This document shows, piece by piece, positions 1 through 13,259 of a stretch of DNA of 64,000 nt. The stretch's first letter is position 1; the number at the start of each line of letters is the position of its first letter. The notes under the pieces are model-generated. The model searched no databases, was not told where the DNA came from, and saw nothing but the letters and a program-made list of their open reading frames with translations. Origin of the DNA: Gekko japonicus (Eukaryota). The stretch is from positions 355,403 to 419,402 of the forward strand of contig NW_015172574.1 of the NCBI RefSeq assembly GCF_001447785.1. Reading direction: 5' to 3'. Made by a program: the position numbers and the translations under genes.

Positions 1-455
1 TTTCCACATTAAACTTTGCATTTTAATGTAACATCTAAACCATACCTGATTTTTCCCCCACTCAGATATTCAGCTCACATATTTATTGAGACATAAATCA
101 ACATGGTTTATTTTAAAATGTTTAAAGATAAGACAAAATAAACATGATGAATCAGATCACATAGTATTCAGGGCACTGGAATGTTTTCTAGTTCGAGGGG
201 TATGTGAAGGGGGAGACATACATCACTTTGTATATACAACAGAACGTTAACTCCTCACAGTTGCTGCTGCTTCCAGTGAAGGTGATTTACAATCTGTAGC
301 ACAATATTGCAAAAATCCCAATTTTTCTACAATAGGAAAATAATTTCTGATATATCCTGGCTAAATATTTTCAAAAATCAATACACAGAATGCTGTACAA
401 ATAAAGGAAGGCCAACCAAAAGACTGCATGAGCACCTTTTAATTGGAATACTCAC

Positions 456-608
456 CTCAGCTGCCATGAAAGATAATGTATGCATTCCATGGGTATAGCC
501 AATAACGCCACACACGACTGCCAATCCACAGCAGGAAAGCAGCATAGCTACCAGCAGGGTCAGGACTCTGATGTGACTGTTCATTGGTGTAGTGGGAGAA
601 AAAGAGAG
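456..608 (-). CDS. AMFR: AMFR coding exon 4 (LSFSPTTPMNSH...GMHTLSFMAAE); gene continues left of window
   Basis: CAG acceptor, GTGAGT donor, 153 nt in frame. Confidence 0.96.
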
Positions 609-1394
609 CTGCAATATAAAAAATAAAGGGGGGGGGTAAGAAATGCACTTGCTGACTTTGAATATCAGACTATCAACTGGGCCAACTCAATGAGTATACC
701 TAGGGCACAATTCCATGGCTTTTGGTCACAGAGATTAGCTACTTCAAGCACACTGGATCCCTTCAAGTGCAGGATCCTTCCATTTGGTTTCATCACTGGC
801 TTATGTACATAACAAAACCAGCAGAAACTGTGTAATCTGACTTCCTGCACAGGGATGTTCCTATCTGCAAAGCACTTCCTTATTCCTGATACAATGTCGA
901 AGTTCCATAACAGAAGCATGAGAAACAGGGAGCCAGCATGGTATAGCTCTTAGATCACTGAACTATGATCTGCAAGACATGGACTTGAAGCCCCACTTGT
1001 GGTTGTGAGGATAAAATGGAGGAAGGAAGAAGTGGCTTTGGGTTGCAACATGTAAATATCTTAAATAAATAAACAATGTGGAGCTCAAGTGAAAACTGAA
1101 TGGGAGAACAAAAAGTGTGACGGGAGGGCCCAGGTTCCGAGTACAGCCTCCTCGTCTGCAGGTGCTATTTTTTTTCACCCCCAATAAACCAATCAGTAAT
1201 TAAACCTAACCTGCATGCCCTTTTCTACCTCCACTGTTCATGCGAAGAGGTCCCAGTTTTTAATCAACTTCAAGTAAAATGACTGCAGACAACGTATTGT
1301 ACTCTATCAGTTACTCCTTGATAAGAATGCAGACACTCCTTCCTAAAGGACATATATTTCCACCCAGCTCTAAGTGAACATCAAAAAAACTTAC

Positions 1395-1559
1395 ATATTC
1401 AAACCTGTCCTTGCAAAGCTGAACCATGAGGTGGAGAAACACAAGCCCAGAGAACCAAAGGCACCACATGACCACTTCTTCCACTGTTTGGACATTTAAC
1501 ACGCCGAAAATAAAGATAAACTTGTAGAAGATGAAATTCCAAAACTTATCCTTGAGATG
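1395..1559 (-). CDS. AMFR: AMFR coding exon 3 (HLKDKFWNFIFYKFIFIFGVLNVQTVEEVVMWCLWFSGLVFLHLMVQLCKDRFEY)
   Basis: CAG acceptor, GTAAGT donor, 165 nt in frame. Confidence 0.96.
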
Positions 1560-3600
1560 CTGGGGAAAAAAGGTATTTGGAGTTATAAAACAGAGAAACT
1601 TTCACAAATGCAGTTTGTGGAACACAGATGTAATTGATTTTACAATTATTGCGATTAACAATTTCCTGCACTTTCTAGATGAAGAATTTGCCACGTCTGT
1701 AGCTTTATCATCATGGAACCATTGATTATTTGAATATAAAAATTCTTTATCAAGCAAGTAACAAAAGTTTCTGCAGATTGTATCATAAATGGATAGTGGA
1801 ATCTGAAACAGAAATCAGGAGTATATTGGCAATCCACCAGGAACACTGTCGATAGAAACTCACACCAGTATCTGAGTTCTTGTCTACCTTTCATTTACTC
1901 CTATATGAATTGTGCCCCTTGCTTTAAATAGGCATACCTGAAAGGCTCAATTAGACAGACTTTCTGCTTATGCCAGCCACAGAAAAACCCCCACAGATTT
2001 AAAAGACAGAGGCATTTCTAGGAGCACACACTGACATTTGGTGGATATGCGTCACTTATTCAAGATTTATTCTAAAATTAGAATCAGCCTTTAAAGACAT
2101 CTTGATGCCTTTGAAAAATCTTTAGAACTTAAAATCCCACAAACGTTTTTGCTCCCTGTAGGTTACAATTATATTTTTCATCAAGATTATCACAGTAACT
2201 ATGACAGCTAGCCTGAAAGCTTAAAAAGTACAAGTGGGCTTCTCCTAATTCTAAAAAAATGTTTTGAGGGCTTACACAAGCTTCAGGTGGATATATGCTA
2301 AAAAGTCAGGAATGAGTGAGAAATTGGGCATTAGTTGCAGTAATCAGGACAGGGGTGTTGATTTGGATGGGGGACATTCTAATTTGAGGTTTGCTAGTAT
2401 CTTAGGACCCATTTTGAACTGCAGATGCCAATTCAAGGCTATATAAGCAGCTGGCTCCTAAAGGCTGCTATCACTCATTCTACTCAATTAGTCTTAATTA
2501 GTAAGTAGTTAGCTTTTGCTCTTAGAAGCATCCTTCCTAAGAGGGAACCATGAAACTCTGTAAACCATGGAGTTATGAAGGTACCTCCCTAAGCAAAGTT
2601 GACTATGGTATGAGATGAGATGCAAAGCATTCTCTGGCTGATCAGTTAACACCCAGAGTCATCTAAATTCATCAACACAGCAAGTCAGAGCAATAAACGA
2701 GGACTGCTAAGTAACAATGATTTTCAGCAGACCTGGAGGATATTCCTGTCTTGGTCAGTCTTTAGACTACAGAGATAACAGTGCTCCTTCCCACGGTCTA
2801 CTGCATATTTTCCTTTGAAAGGCTAACAGCAAAGGGAGATGGTTTTGATCAGTGAAGAAGTGGAGGTTGAAGGATTAAATCTCATCTCATCTTTCCTGCA
2901 CAGTCCTGAGAGAAACTGAAGCTGCAGAGGCATACAATTTGCTTTGGATAGACCAGAAATACTCAGTTCCTCAGGGACCACATCTGGCGCTTTAACATGC
3001 CACTTGTGGCTCTTCATAGCACCCTTCTCCAATATGGCACCCACCCCATGTTTCAGGAAAGTGGACAAGGCCATGGCATGATAGGTCTTGGGGCTGCCAC
3101 CTTGAAACACTACAGAGGCTGAAGGACAGGTAAGCAAGTCTTCCTGCACTGTGGATCAGGAATGGAAATAAAGACCCATCCTCTCCAATACAACTCCTAA
3201 CATTCTTCACAGGCTCCATGTTCTCATCCCAGAACCCGGGCAGCTGTAGGGACAGGAGAACGNNNNNNNNNNNNNNNNNNNNNAAAGCCACCTCCACAGC
3301 AGCCACCCAGAAAAAAGCCAGCCACAGCAGGTGGTAATGAATGTATTCCGTTTCTCCACACCCAGCTTTCTCTTCTTCAGGCACCTTGGCATTCTCACTC
3401 CACTCTCTTGCCTGAGCTTCTGTGCCTCACGCTGTGCCTCCTCTCCCACATTCCAGATCCACAAGGACTGGCTGAGGTTCAGCAGTGGTGGGGAGAGAAA
3501 ACCCTCCCTGCTTAGAAGTACTCTGATCATTTAAAAGGTTGCAGTTATACGCTTAATATGAAGTTATATCTAGATTATTGTATGTGTATGTTTGGAGGGG

Positions 3601-4178
3601 TGTATCATGACCCTCCCAGAATGGCTTAGTAAATCTGACTCAGAGTCCTCAGGGGAGGAGCCTGGGTTGGTGGCTGAGGGACCAGCACAGTAGAGGTGCC
3701 TGCCGAGAAAGTACCAGTGGCTCCAGAGGCCACCCTGCCACAGCCTGTCCCCGAGTTAGGCGCCAGGCCTTCCCCAGGTACAACTCAAACTCAGGCCTGC
3801 AGCCCCTCAGGAGGACCCTTTCCCACCCTGCAGGAATGGTGGTGGAGGAAAGCCTGGGCTGAGGTGGCACAAACTGGGAGAAGCACCAGACTGGGTCCAC
3901 ACAGCCTCCCTGTAGGTCTAGAGCAGAGTGCCGAGGACAGTTCTTCCTTGTAGGAACCTGGGGCCAATGCCCAATGCAATCTCCAACAGTGCAGCTGCGC
4001 CTGATTACCTCCCAGCCTACTTAAGCTGAGGCCTGGGAACACGGCCTTGCTGGATCAACCGGTCGACCAGGCAAAAGCTTTGTGTGACCAGCCCCCATTC
4101 CCCAAGCCTGGCTAGTCTGGTACCACTTGAGGAAACCTGACTGGGGCCTACTGCAGAGTACACAACAGGGTATTACAC
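3601..4178 (+). mobile_element. Possible solo LTR
   Basis: GC-rich block of about 580 bp starting TGTATCATGACC and ending GTATTACA; no clear TSD. Confidence 0.35.
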
Positions 4179-4687
4179 AGGGCACACTGTAGTCATGTGG
4201 CTCTTTTGGTTGATAAATGCGCTTTGCCATCAACATGCAAGCAGCACGTAGCGCTATTTATTTTCTAACGCTCGGAAAAGGTGTTTGGATTTATGTCCAT
4301 TTATTCTTTTACGGAGGGACTGACCTGTTTTTCCAGTGTAGAGAGCAGAAGAGCATTGCTGACTTTTGATGGCATATATAATGTTGGCAAATGAGCAAGT
4401 GACAGCCTCCTAACCTTATGCAACTTTTCACCCACAGCAATATTGTTCCAGTCATGGACATGAACTCCGGGACCAGGGCCCGCAAGAAACCCAAGGTGCC
4501 AGCTCTGTCCCCATATCCACTGTGACAACGCAATAACTGGACCTAACACCACCTGCCACACCATCTCAGGTTCATTCACTTGTTCAGGTTCCAACACTAT
4601 ACATGCCATCAAATGTCATCAATGCCCTTCTACTCTCTACATTGGACAAACAGGTCAGTCGGACCCAAAATAATAAATGGACATATA

Positions 4688-5035
4688 AAGATAAAGTAAA
4701 GGTAAAGTTTTCCCTTGCTCAAAAGCTATCGAATCTGACTCTAGGGGGCGGTGCTCATCTCCGTTTCCAAGCCAAAGAGCCAGTGCTGTCCAAATATGTT
4801 TCCATGGTCACGTGGCCAGCATGACTAAATGCTGAGGCGCACGGAACACTGTTACCTTCCCACTGAAGCAGTACCTATTTATCCACTTGCAATTTCTTGC
4901 TTTCGAACTGCTAGGTTGGCAGGAGCTGGGGCCAGAGACGGAAGCTCACTCCATCACATGGCACTCAGGTCTCGAACTGCCGAAGTACAAACATTCTGAC
5001 AGTGTCTTAACCTCTGAGCTACCGCAGCCCCCCCA
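4688..5035 (-). mobile_element. Sauria SINE (Squam1-like)
   Basis: (ACCTTT)-type tail, recognisable body, 13-bp TSD AAATGGACATATA at 4675-4687 and 5036-5048. Confidence 0.85.
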
Positions 5036-5288
5036 AAATGGACATATACCCAACATTAAAAACCACAACACTCAAAAACCAGTGGGAGAACACTTTAATT
5101 TTCCAGGTTATTCCACTGCTGACCCAAGAGTGGCAGTCCTCAAACAAAGACATTACAAAGGCAAATTACAGCACAAGATTGCTGAACCCAAGTTAATTCA
5201 CAAATTCAGAACAATGGGACCCCCGCCCCAGCTTAACAGGGATACAGGATTTTTATCTCACTACAGATGCTAATTTTCCACCCCCAAG

Positions 5289-5698
5289 CAGGCATGTAGC
5301 TATGATAGGGCATTTTGGGGCCTTCACTTGTTAGCCACACACCACCACACACTCCAGTGCCTCACAGACCCTGCCACCTGCCCCACCCATCCCCTGTGCC
5401 AGGAATGGCTGTCTGCAGGGCTGGGCACGCTGTCCAAAGGGCAGCTGGTAGGCTGGAGGCAGTGAGGGAAGAGAAGAGCACATCTGGAGGAGGGAGGAGA
5501 GGTGTGCGGCTGGAGGCACACGTCCAAAGGGCAGGTAGCGGGCCAGAGGCAGCGAGGGAGGAGAGGTGCCTCCCCACTGGCCAGCTGCACACGCTCCCTT
5601 GTGGCCGCTGCCCTGGGTGGAGGTGAGTGGTCAAGGCAGCCCACCGCTGCTCCCCTGGCCCCTGCCCCACCACCCAGAAATTCCTGGCTACACTCCTG
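5289..5698. mobile_element. hAT-like MITE
   Basis: TIRs CAGGCATGTAGC / GCTACACTCCTG; flanking CCCCAAG duplication; internal GC-rich direct repeats. Confidence 0.6.
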
Positions 5699-7859
5699 CC
5701 CCAAGCATTTCTCCTCTGCTCTAATCAAACTGATTACAATATACATTGTACCTTCACATTCTTTACAAGCATTCTTTATAACATCCCTCCCATCTTCTGA
5801 CTAGGAAAAAAGGACTCAGATCTCCACTTCTATTCTACTGTGTCCAAAGAATGGAGCTTGAAAGCTTAGGTTGGTCACAACTTTGGCCCTTCCTGAATAA
5901 ACACACCTTGCCAAAGCTATTGTGACCTGGCAATCCCCAGGGTGATTAAAATCTGTTACACATGAAACAGTCTCTTAGGAGTCGTCAGAAGCTTCATCTG
6001 GTACATAATATGGCACCAGATTACTAAATGGGGCTTGAAGACCTCATCATACATTGCCAGTGCTTTAAGGACTTGGTATGAGTTATCATATACAGTTCAG
6101 AAATTCTGCCTTTTAACATTAAAGCCCTAAAAAAGCCGGGGAAAAGATTAGCTGAAGGTCTTCCTGCTAACATAGGGTCATGCACACACATTAAGATCTT
6201 CCACTGAGGATCTATTACATGTGCCTCCACCTTTGGAAGTAAGCAGGGTGGCATAGTAGAGAGCACTGTTTTGGCAACATTTGAGTGATTACATGTCCCT
6301 GGCATTTCACATCCTTTGCAAAATGAAAATATGAATTATTTTAATTAGGTCATGAACTGCCTCGGAAGCCTGTAGGGGCAGAGAGTTGGGATGCACATTT
6401 TTACAACAAACAAAAATTGTATCAGGACTTCATGGTGCAAAACTGAATTTAAATTATGCCTCGAAAAGCCAGAACTCCTTTTGCTTTTCATACCATAGGC
6501 ACAACACTCTGCCGCTCCCCTGATCAAAAACATCCCGCCTTTTGTATGACGCACAGATAAACTAATCCTTGGTTGAAATTACTGCATGGCCCACTGATCC
6601 CCAATAGCCCCATCCCTACTCCTGCAGAGAGCTTTGGCACCAAGCACGTGATGGCTGGGTACCAAGGACTACAATAGGTCTCTTGCACAATTTGTTTTTC
6701 TCTCCATAACTCTAATCTACTACATGTTTCCATGACACTACATGATGGATGTCCAGCCATGGCCTCCTTTCAACTTTCTCACTCTCTTTCAGGAACTGTC
6801 TTGCTTCTTTCCTTCAGGGAACCCTTTCCACGCCTATCTGTCTGCTGACGAACCACTATACTAAAGCCCTATACATTGCAGTGAATGACAGGGAATGACT
6901 TAGGAAGAACCAGTGCTGTACTGTGGAAGACCAGGGTTCAAATCCCCACTTATTACAGGTATCACCTGCTTTTATTGCATTGTCCACTTTCTGTTTCAGG
7001 TGTAGTTGACCTGCTTTAGAGAGTTTGTTGTTCACGTTGTCCCCTAATTCTGTCATTCTAGTCCTATTCCATTTTTCACTGCTTGTCTTAGGCTGTCTGA
7101 TTGGCTGTAATCTACCATGAAACTCAATGAGAAAGGCAGACTATAAATAAAGTTAATTTAAAAAATAATTCTGTCATGAAGCATACTGAGTGACCTTGGG
7201 CCAGTCACTTACAGTCTCACTTCTATTTCACACATTGCTTGTGATTACAAAATGGGGGAAACCATATACATCATCCTGAAGACCTCAGAAGAATAGTGAG
7301 ATAAAAATGTATTAGACAGATAAGGGTACCCTCACCATAGACCTAAATGAACCGAGAGCCTAACTAGATGTTAACAGGGGTATGTGAGCTGCAACCAATA
7401 ATCTCTCTCTCCATTAAAATCCCAGATAATATGTAGTTAGAAAAAATGTGCTTGCTTCATTTCATCGTGTTTCCTTGCTTCCTTGTGGCCAATGCTCACA
7501 CGGAGCATGGAAATTATGAATGCAGTGGTGCTACATCACTTTTACTAGAAACTGCCAAAGAGGTGCAGGTTGGCACCAGCCATGCATCCCCCATAATGTA
7601 TAGGTATTTATGTTCATCACGGAATCTGCTTTATTTCAAAGTGGGAAATCTGAACAGCTAGTAACATACATACTAACAATGTAGAAAAAGGATATGAAGC
7701 AAACAAATATCCTTTGCCATTATCAAACTTCTGACTCTGACAATGGAACAAGATCCACATATATTTTGAAGTTAACACCCACCAGCCAAACTACAATCAT
7801 CATACACAAAGCTATTTGATACGGCAACCCACCAGCAAAATACAAAGGGTTTTCCTTAC

Positions 7860-7952
7860 CTGTCTCTCACTAACACGGAGAGGACCGAACACCACGCACT
7901 GAATTAGTTTCGCAATCAGCATCAGAATACAGCAGGCAGTATTCACAAGTAC
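7860..7952 (-). CDS. AMFR: AMFR coding exon 2 (VLVNTACCILMLIAKLIQCVVFGPLRVSERQ)
   Basis: CAG acceptor, GTAAGG donor, 93 nt, phase 0; peptide matches the AMFR transmembrane region. Confidence 0.95.
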
Positions 7953-9813
7953 CTGGAACAAAGAGAACATACATGTGGATGTTTGCCTTACCCAATTTCA
8001 AGTCTCAGGATGAATTTTAAAAAACCTCCCTTTTAAAAATGTAAACTATGCAAAGCAACAATACTCAGTCTACCATAAACCAGCTTAAATGCAATCTTGC
8101 TTCCACAAGATTTATTTGGCAGTTCTGTGTGCCAAGGACTGTGAAATCTTCACCCTCACTAACCCACCTCCCTCTCCACTCCAACACGCAAGTGACAGAT
8201 AAGGTAAAGATTTCAGCTACTTGTGCCTCCCTTTAAAAAGAACTAAAAACTGTAGTGTCCTAAGAATAATTATCCACTATTTGACTCTTTTCTTAAACTG
8301 TTTAACCAAGACAAAAACCTTATAGCAGACAATTTAAAAATACAGATAAAATAAATGGATTTTTTTTAGTCATGGTAGATAACTAACAGTCCAATCCTAA
8401 AACACTGTTCTGGGAGTAAGCTCCACTGAGCAGACCTAAGCAGAACTCCAAGCAGACTTTTTAAAGATAACACTATAAATGAAGAAGCTGCACTACTGGA
8501 GCAATGTTCAGGCTACTTTGCACACAAAAAAAGAGAGCTTACTTAAATTACCTGGAAAGACCTTTGAGTTCTTTTTGCAAAAATCTGTGCCTAGATTTTG
8601 TAATTACAGATGTGTTGTTGCTGTTTAATGGCTTGTGTTTTATACCCTGGTTTTTAATAGTAAGCCACTTCAAGCAGGACTGTGAAGAGGCAGTATAGAA
8701 ATACTCAAAATAAATAAAACCAACTATCTATATGCATATACACTCAGCAATCCCCATATGACGGGCCGGGGTTCACCAATAGGTCACCACTGCATTCTCT
8801 GTGGATCCCTAAATTGCCTGTGAGCAATGTTACGGGGCCACATGGACTCAAGGAGGCAGGACTCCCAAGTCACTGGGTAAGATAGGGCAGGTGGGTTATA
8901 AACAGAAGACAAACTTCTAAATAGATTTCTGGCCTAAAATCCAGTGGTTTGGAAGATTCTAACCTGGTCAAGTCAATTCTGCTCCAAAAACAAGGTGTTG
9001 TTTGTCCAATTCCCAAGCAGCCGTTGTCTGGTAATGGGGGGGGGGGAGAGATATCAAGTTCTCTGCCTGAACAAAAGTTATCTATGGTCCTATTTATGTC
9101 AAGGGATGCGCACTGGCAACTGCCTGCAAAAGAGAGATCAGCTTGTGCTGCAGGTAAATATTTACACACAGTTTGCTGTACTTCAATGCCAGGCTTCTGG
9201 GATGAACTTTAAAAAACAAAAATAACATTCTAAATAAAAAGTCTTAATGAAATTAGCAGTTTGGAAAGAGTATTGCGCACACGTAAAACTTTTAATTTTA
9301 ATGAATAGGAAATAAGCCACCTGAAGCTAAGAAATTTTGTATTATTGAATTGGATTAACTCACACAGGGCCTATCATTTTTGCCATAACAGTTCAAAGCA
9401 CAGGCTTGTTTTAACTGCCCCTTTCACTAGCCTAACATCAGGACTGTTGACACTGTGCTGGCAGAACAACCAGTATGCACCACTTTGAAGCCTGCGAGTA
9501 CTTCGCCTGTAGCCAAGGAGAGAATCTAAGACCTTGAAGTTGTTTATTCAGAGTACTTATCCCAAGCCAAGAAGCCACATTAATTCAAGTAATGAATTTC
9601 CGAGGTTTGATAGCTGTTGCAAGTCTGAGATCAGTCTGGATCTACACGGAATTCAGAGCTGCAACAACACATGTACCACTTTAATCCTGCTGTTAGCGGA
9701 TCAACATTCCCTACAGGAATACAACGCCATGCCCTGACATGGATGGCTGAAGCTAGCCTGATCTCGGAAGCTAAGCAGAATTGGACCTAGTTAGTACTTG
9801 GATGGAAGACCAC

Positions 9814-10434
9814 TAGAGATGTAAAATTTCCGGAAATTTTGAAGCTCGGGAAAAAACCCAGGTTTTTTCGGGGGGAAACGGAAATTTTCTGAAAAATTGA
9901 AAAAAATGCTACATTAGCATTTCTTTTGTCTTTTCTAGATTGAAAGTCATTCTGTTACTTTAGGAACATAAAATATGACTATGGACATTTTTACTTGGCA
10001 TGAAATTATCACAACTAGCATATTAAAAATATAGTGTATCCAAACAATTATTACAAACAGAATACCCACCCACATGCAAAAACAAAATTGAAACTTTTTT
10101 ATTTTCTTCTGACAATCGCACCTCCTAAAGGAAGAAATGCATCTTGTTCTTCCATTGGAGAGTTCAGTTTGTAACCTAGGACTTGCTTGTCCTCAGTGCA
10201 CAGAAATTAGATCAATCTGATACCATATATATATATTTTAGAAATGATTTGGAAAATATTTGAACACCTTGTCTTAAAATATTTTATTCATCATGTTAAA
10301 ATAAAACGTTCCATAATCATTTCTTTTCTTTTTTCAATTTTTCAGAAAAAAACAAAAAAGCTTCAGGGAAAAAAGGGGAAAAAACGGTTTTTTCCCGAAT
10401 TTTTCCAGGTTTTTTCCAGGCCTTCACATCACTA
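9814..10434. mobile_element. hAT-like non-autonomous transposon inserted in a 5S-rRNA-derived SINE
   Basis: TIRs TAGAGATGT / ACATCACTA; TSD AAGACCAC / GAGACCAC; host SINE continues on both sides (~9745-9813, 10435-10550). Confidence 0.75.
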
Positions 10435-10989
10435 GAGACCACCAAGGAAGAACAAGGTTGGTAGGCAGAGGCAGGCAACGACAAACCACCTCTGAATATC
10501 TCTTGCCTTCAAACCCGTAACAGGCTGTCATAAGACACTTGTGAACTGACAGCACCAACACAACAAGGGAATCCCTTCTTGCCTTAGAATCCCTCTGAAT
10601 GTGCCAGCTGTTCACTTGGAAAATACACCGTCTTACCCTGCTAAGGCAATCAGACAGCTAAGTGTTTAGACACCACTCCCCCTCTCCCTCGCACAACATT
10701 TCTTGCAGCTCCCAATGGTACCCTACTCCTTTCTTTACCACAGTGGGAACTTACAATGGAGTTTTAAAAAACTGCCACGGGGCAAGTTAAGAAACATGGT
10801 AGCAACTGAGTCACTTGACTGGGTCAGATGGGAACTACAGTGGGTGGGATGCCAACAGATTGCAAAGGGGGGATCTGAGTTAGTGTGTTGCAGCAAAATA
10901 TAACCAAAGTCCAGTGACACCTTGAAGACTAACAATATTTATTTTGATGTGAGATTCAGGCAGTCACCAGATGTACAGACACCAGACAC

Positions 10990-11124
10990 GGCCTCACTGG
11001 CAGTCTTAAAGCAGCAGCTGGACAAACACTTGTCGGGGCTGCTCTAGGCTGATCCTGCACTGAGCAGGGGGTCGGACTAGGTGGCCTGTATGGCCCCTTC
11101 CAACTCTGTGATTCTGTGATTCTA
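10990..11124 (+). mobile_element. CR1 LINE 3' end
   Basis: CCCTTCCAACTCTGTG followed by an (ATTCTGTG)n octamer tail. Confidence 0.8.
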
Positions 11125-13259
11125 CTTATTTTTTGTCATGTTAGCCTTCCCTGCTTGCTTGAGTTAAAACTGGAAAAGCCTATTGTGTCATTTCTAACTT
11201 TTGCACTGATAGCCTAGCAAATCACTCACAAACCTGTAGTGACTCACAAAGCTATCTGGGATAACAAATTCTGACATTTCTTCAGCTTCCTCAGAATTAA
11301 ACTCTCTATGTTCTGTTCATTTTTGTCCTGACTCACCTCATAAAGAAGGCTATTCTATATGCCAAATGAGAATCCTGTGCTGGTTTACCTGCTTTGCATA
11401 TTTTTTCTTTCCCTCTAACTGTTTTCCATTTTAAAACATCCATGTTGTGTTTCTGTCTGTAAAGTGTTCCAAACACTATCTACATAGAAGGCTACATGTC
11501 CTTAGTGTGTGTGTGTCCTAGCTGTTGGTGTGTATCTGTAAGAAGACAGCTAGTCTGCCAGCCATAATAGTTTGGCTGGCAATATTGTTTAACTAGATTG
11601 TAATTCTGATGGCATACAAATAGTTTTCTGAAACTGTGCAAGTATTTTGGGATGCAAGATGGTATGACTACATAACTTTATAAATCTGTTGTACCTCATC
11701 ATAAAAGAGAATTGTAGTGTTAGTGGGCCAGCCACTAAAGATAATATAACTGGCTTGTTCAATTTTTTAAAAAGGATATTTTCTCTGATTAGAAGCAATC
11801 AACACTTTTTATTATTTTATCATCGCGTTATCTTCCCATGTCAAGGAGCATAGGTGAAAGTGCACTTGCATAAAAACGGTAATCCTGCCACCTCAGGGAA
11901 AAAAAGACATTCAAGTGATTAGGACTTAGGACAGTATAACTTTGCTGTTAATGCGGTAATAACTCTGCAACATGAGAGCTTGTTTCAGATGAAAAGAGCA
12001 TGGTAAAGTCACAAAGATTTGACCACAGCATAAAAAGATCTTTATGGAGACATGTCGGAAGGTGCTTTCCTGCTAACTGCAGGGTATCTATCATTAGGTG
12101 GGGGAAACCAAATTATTTTCAGGATGCATTCAAGGAGATTTGGGTGAGTTCACACATACATATTCAACTAATGCCAGTATCAAGAGGTGATTTATACGTC
12201 TTTACACTGTCACCGCAGATCAAACACATCCCACAGATTTTATATAACCTGGCATCATCCTAAACATTCTACATTTTGATAGGAGAGTAGTTCATTGCAG
12301 CATGAGATTCTTCAAGCAACAGCCTTTTAGCAAATACATCCCATACACTGAACTATATTTTGCTTTCAACATTTCATACCATTACAAACTACAAGCATCT
12401 GAAGCACCGGGATGCTTTTTTGCATTTCAGCTTCAAGATGCAGCTCAGCCTAAGTAAACTCTACCTGGCCTCTGTTTATCCCTGGGTACTTTGGCTGAGC
12501 ATGAACTACACAGCTTAAATATAAACAGAGAGCTTACAGTAATGGAACTGAGGCAACTAAGGTTGCTGAATTCAGCAGGAGTCATGGAACAGTCATCAGG
12601 TTACACGGTTATTAATTCCTTCCAATCTCAAGGCAAATGACACGGCTAGGCTAGTCTTACTGTTTTTGAACAAGTGTTCTCTGGCCAGTGAGCGACAGGT
12701 TGTTTTCCTGGCATCAAGGAACCACAACCGTATCCTGACACCACTACCGCCCCCTTCCCCTGCACAGTGAGTCCTGCTTCCTGCATCACAAGGCTCCCAA
12801 CACTGAAATGAAGAGCTGTGGGAGATCCTGTGCAAAACAGCATGGGATAAAGAGTGGATTATTCTAGGAGATTAATTGTAATCAGACACCTTTATGGGTT
12901 GTATGATTTATGAAGTGAACACTCCAAACCGCTTAATTCAATTGAGTTACCTGCTCTTCCATTTAACAACCCATAAACAGCACTTTGGAATGACTTAAGA
13001 GTGTTAAAAGAATAGTTATCTACTCCTGTTCTTTCACAGTACCTATGCTACAAAGCAATTCTAATCTGGATTCAGTGGATTTCATTCCAGACAGATCAAA
13101 CGTGGCACAAGAGATGCCTGCAGATACAGATTCCACAAACTTTTGGCTAGGTTCAGATATGACAGCACCCTCATTTTTCCACAACAAAAACAAGTGTCAA
13201 AGCGTCCTGGGGCTTGCTCACTTGACCTCTACTTCCCTTTCTCTCTCACGCTCATCAAG

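Larger units (their letters stand above)
4287..5880 (+). mobile_element. Degenerate Penelope-like element (GIY-YIG endonuclease remnant), interrupted by a SINE and a MITE
   Basis: Translates ...GSFTCSGSNTIHAIKCHQCPSTLYIGQTGQS... and NGH...KPVGEHFNFPG...LNRDTGFLSHY; inverted partial copy at ~4287-4397. Confidence 0.8.

Noticed and set aside
2600-3240. Possible DIRS or LTR-element remnants here and at ~15.1-15.9 kb and ~38.5-38.95 kb
   Set aside because: Composition suggests old TE sequence, but I could not identify diagnostic motifs or termini
9750-9813. 5S rRNA-like sequence
   Set aside because: Partial, diverged and fused to a repeat body; a SINE rather than an rRNA gene
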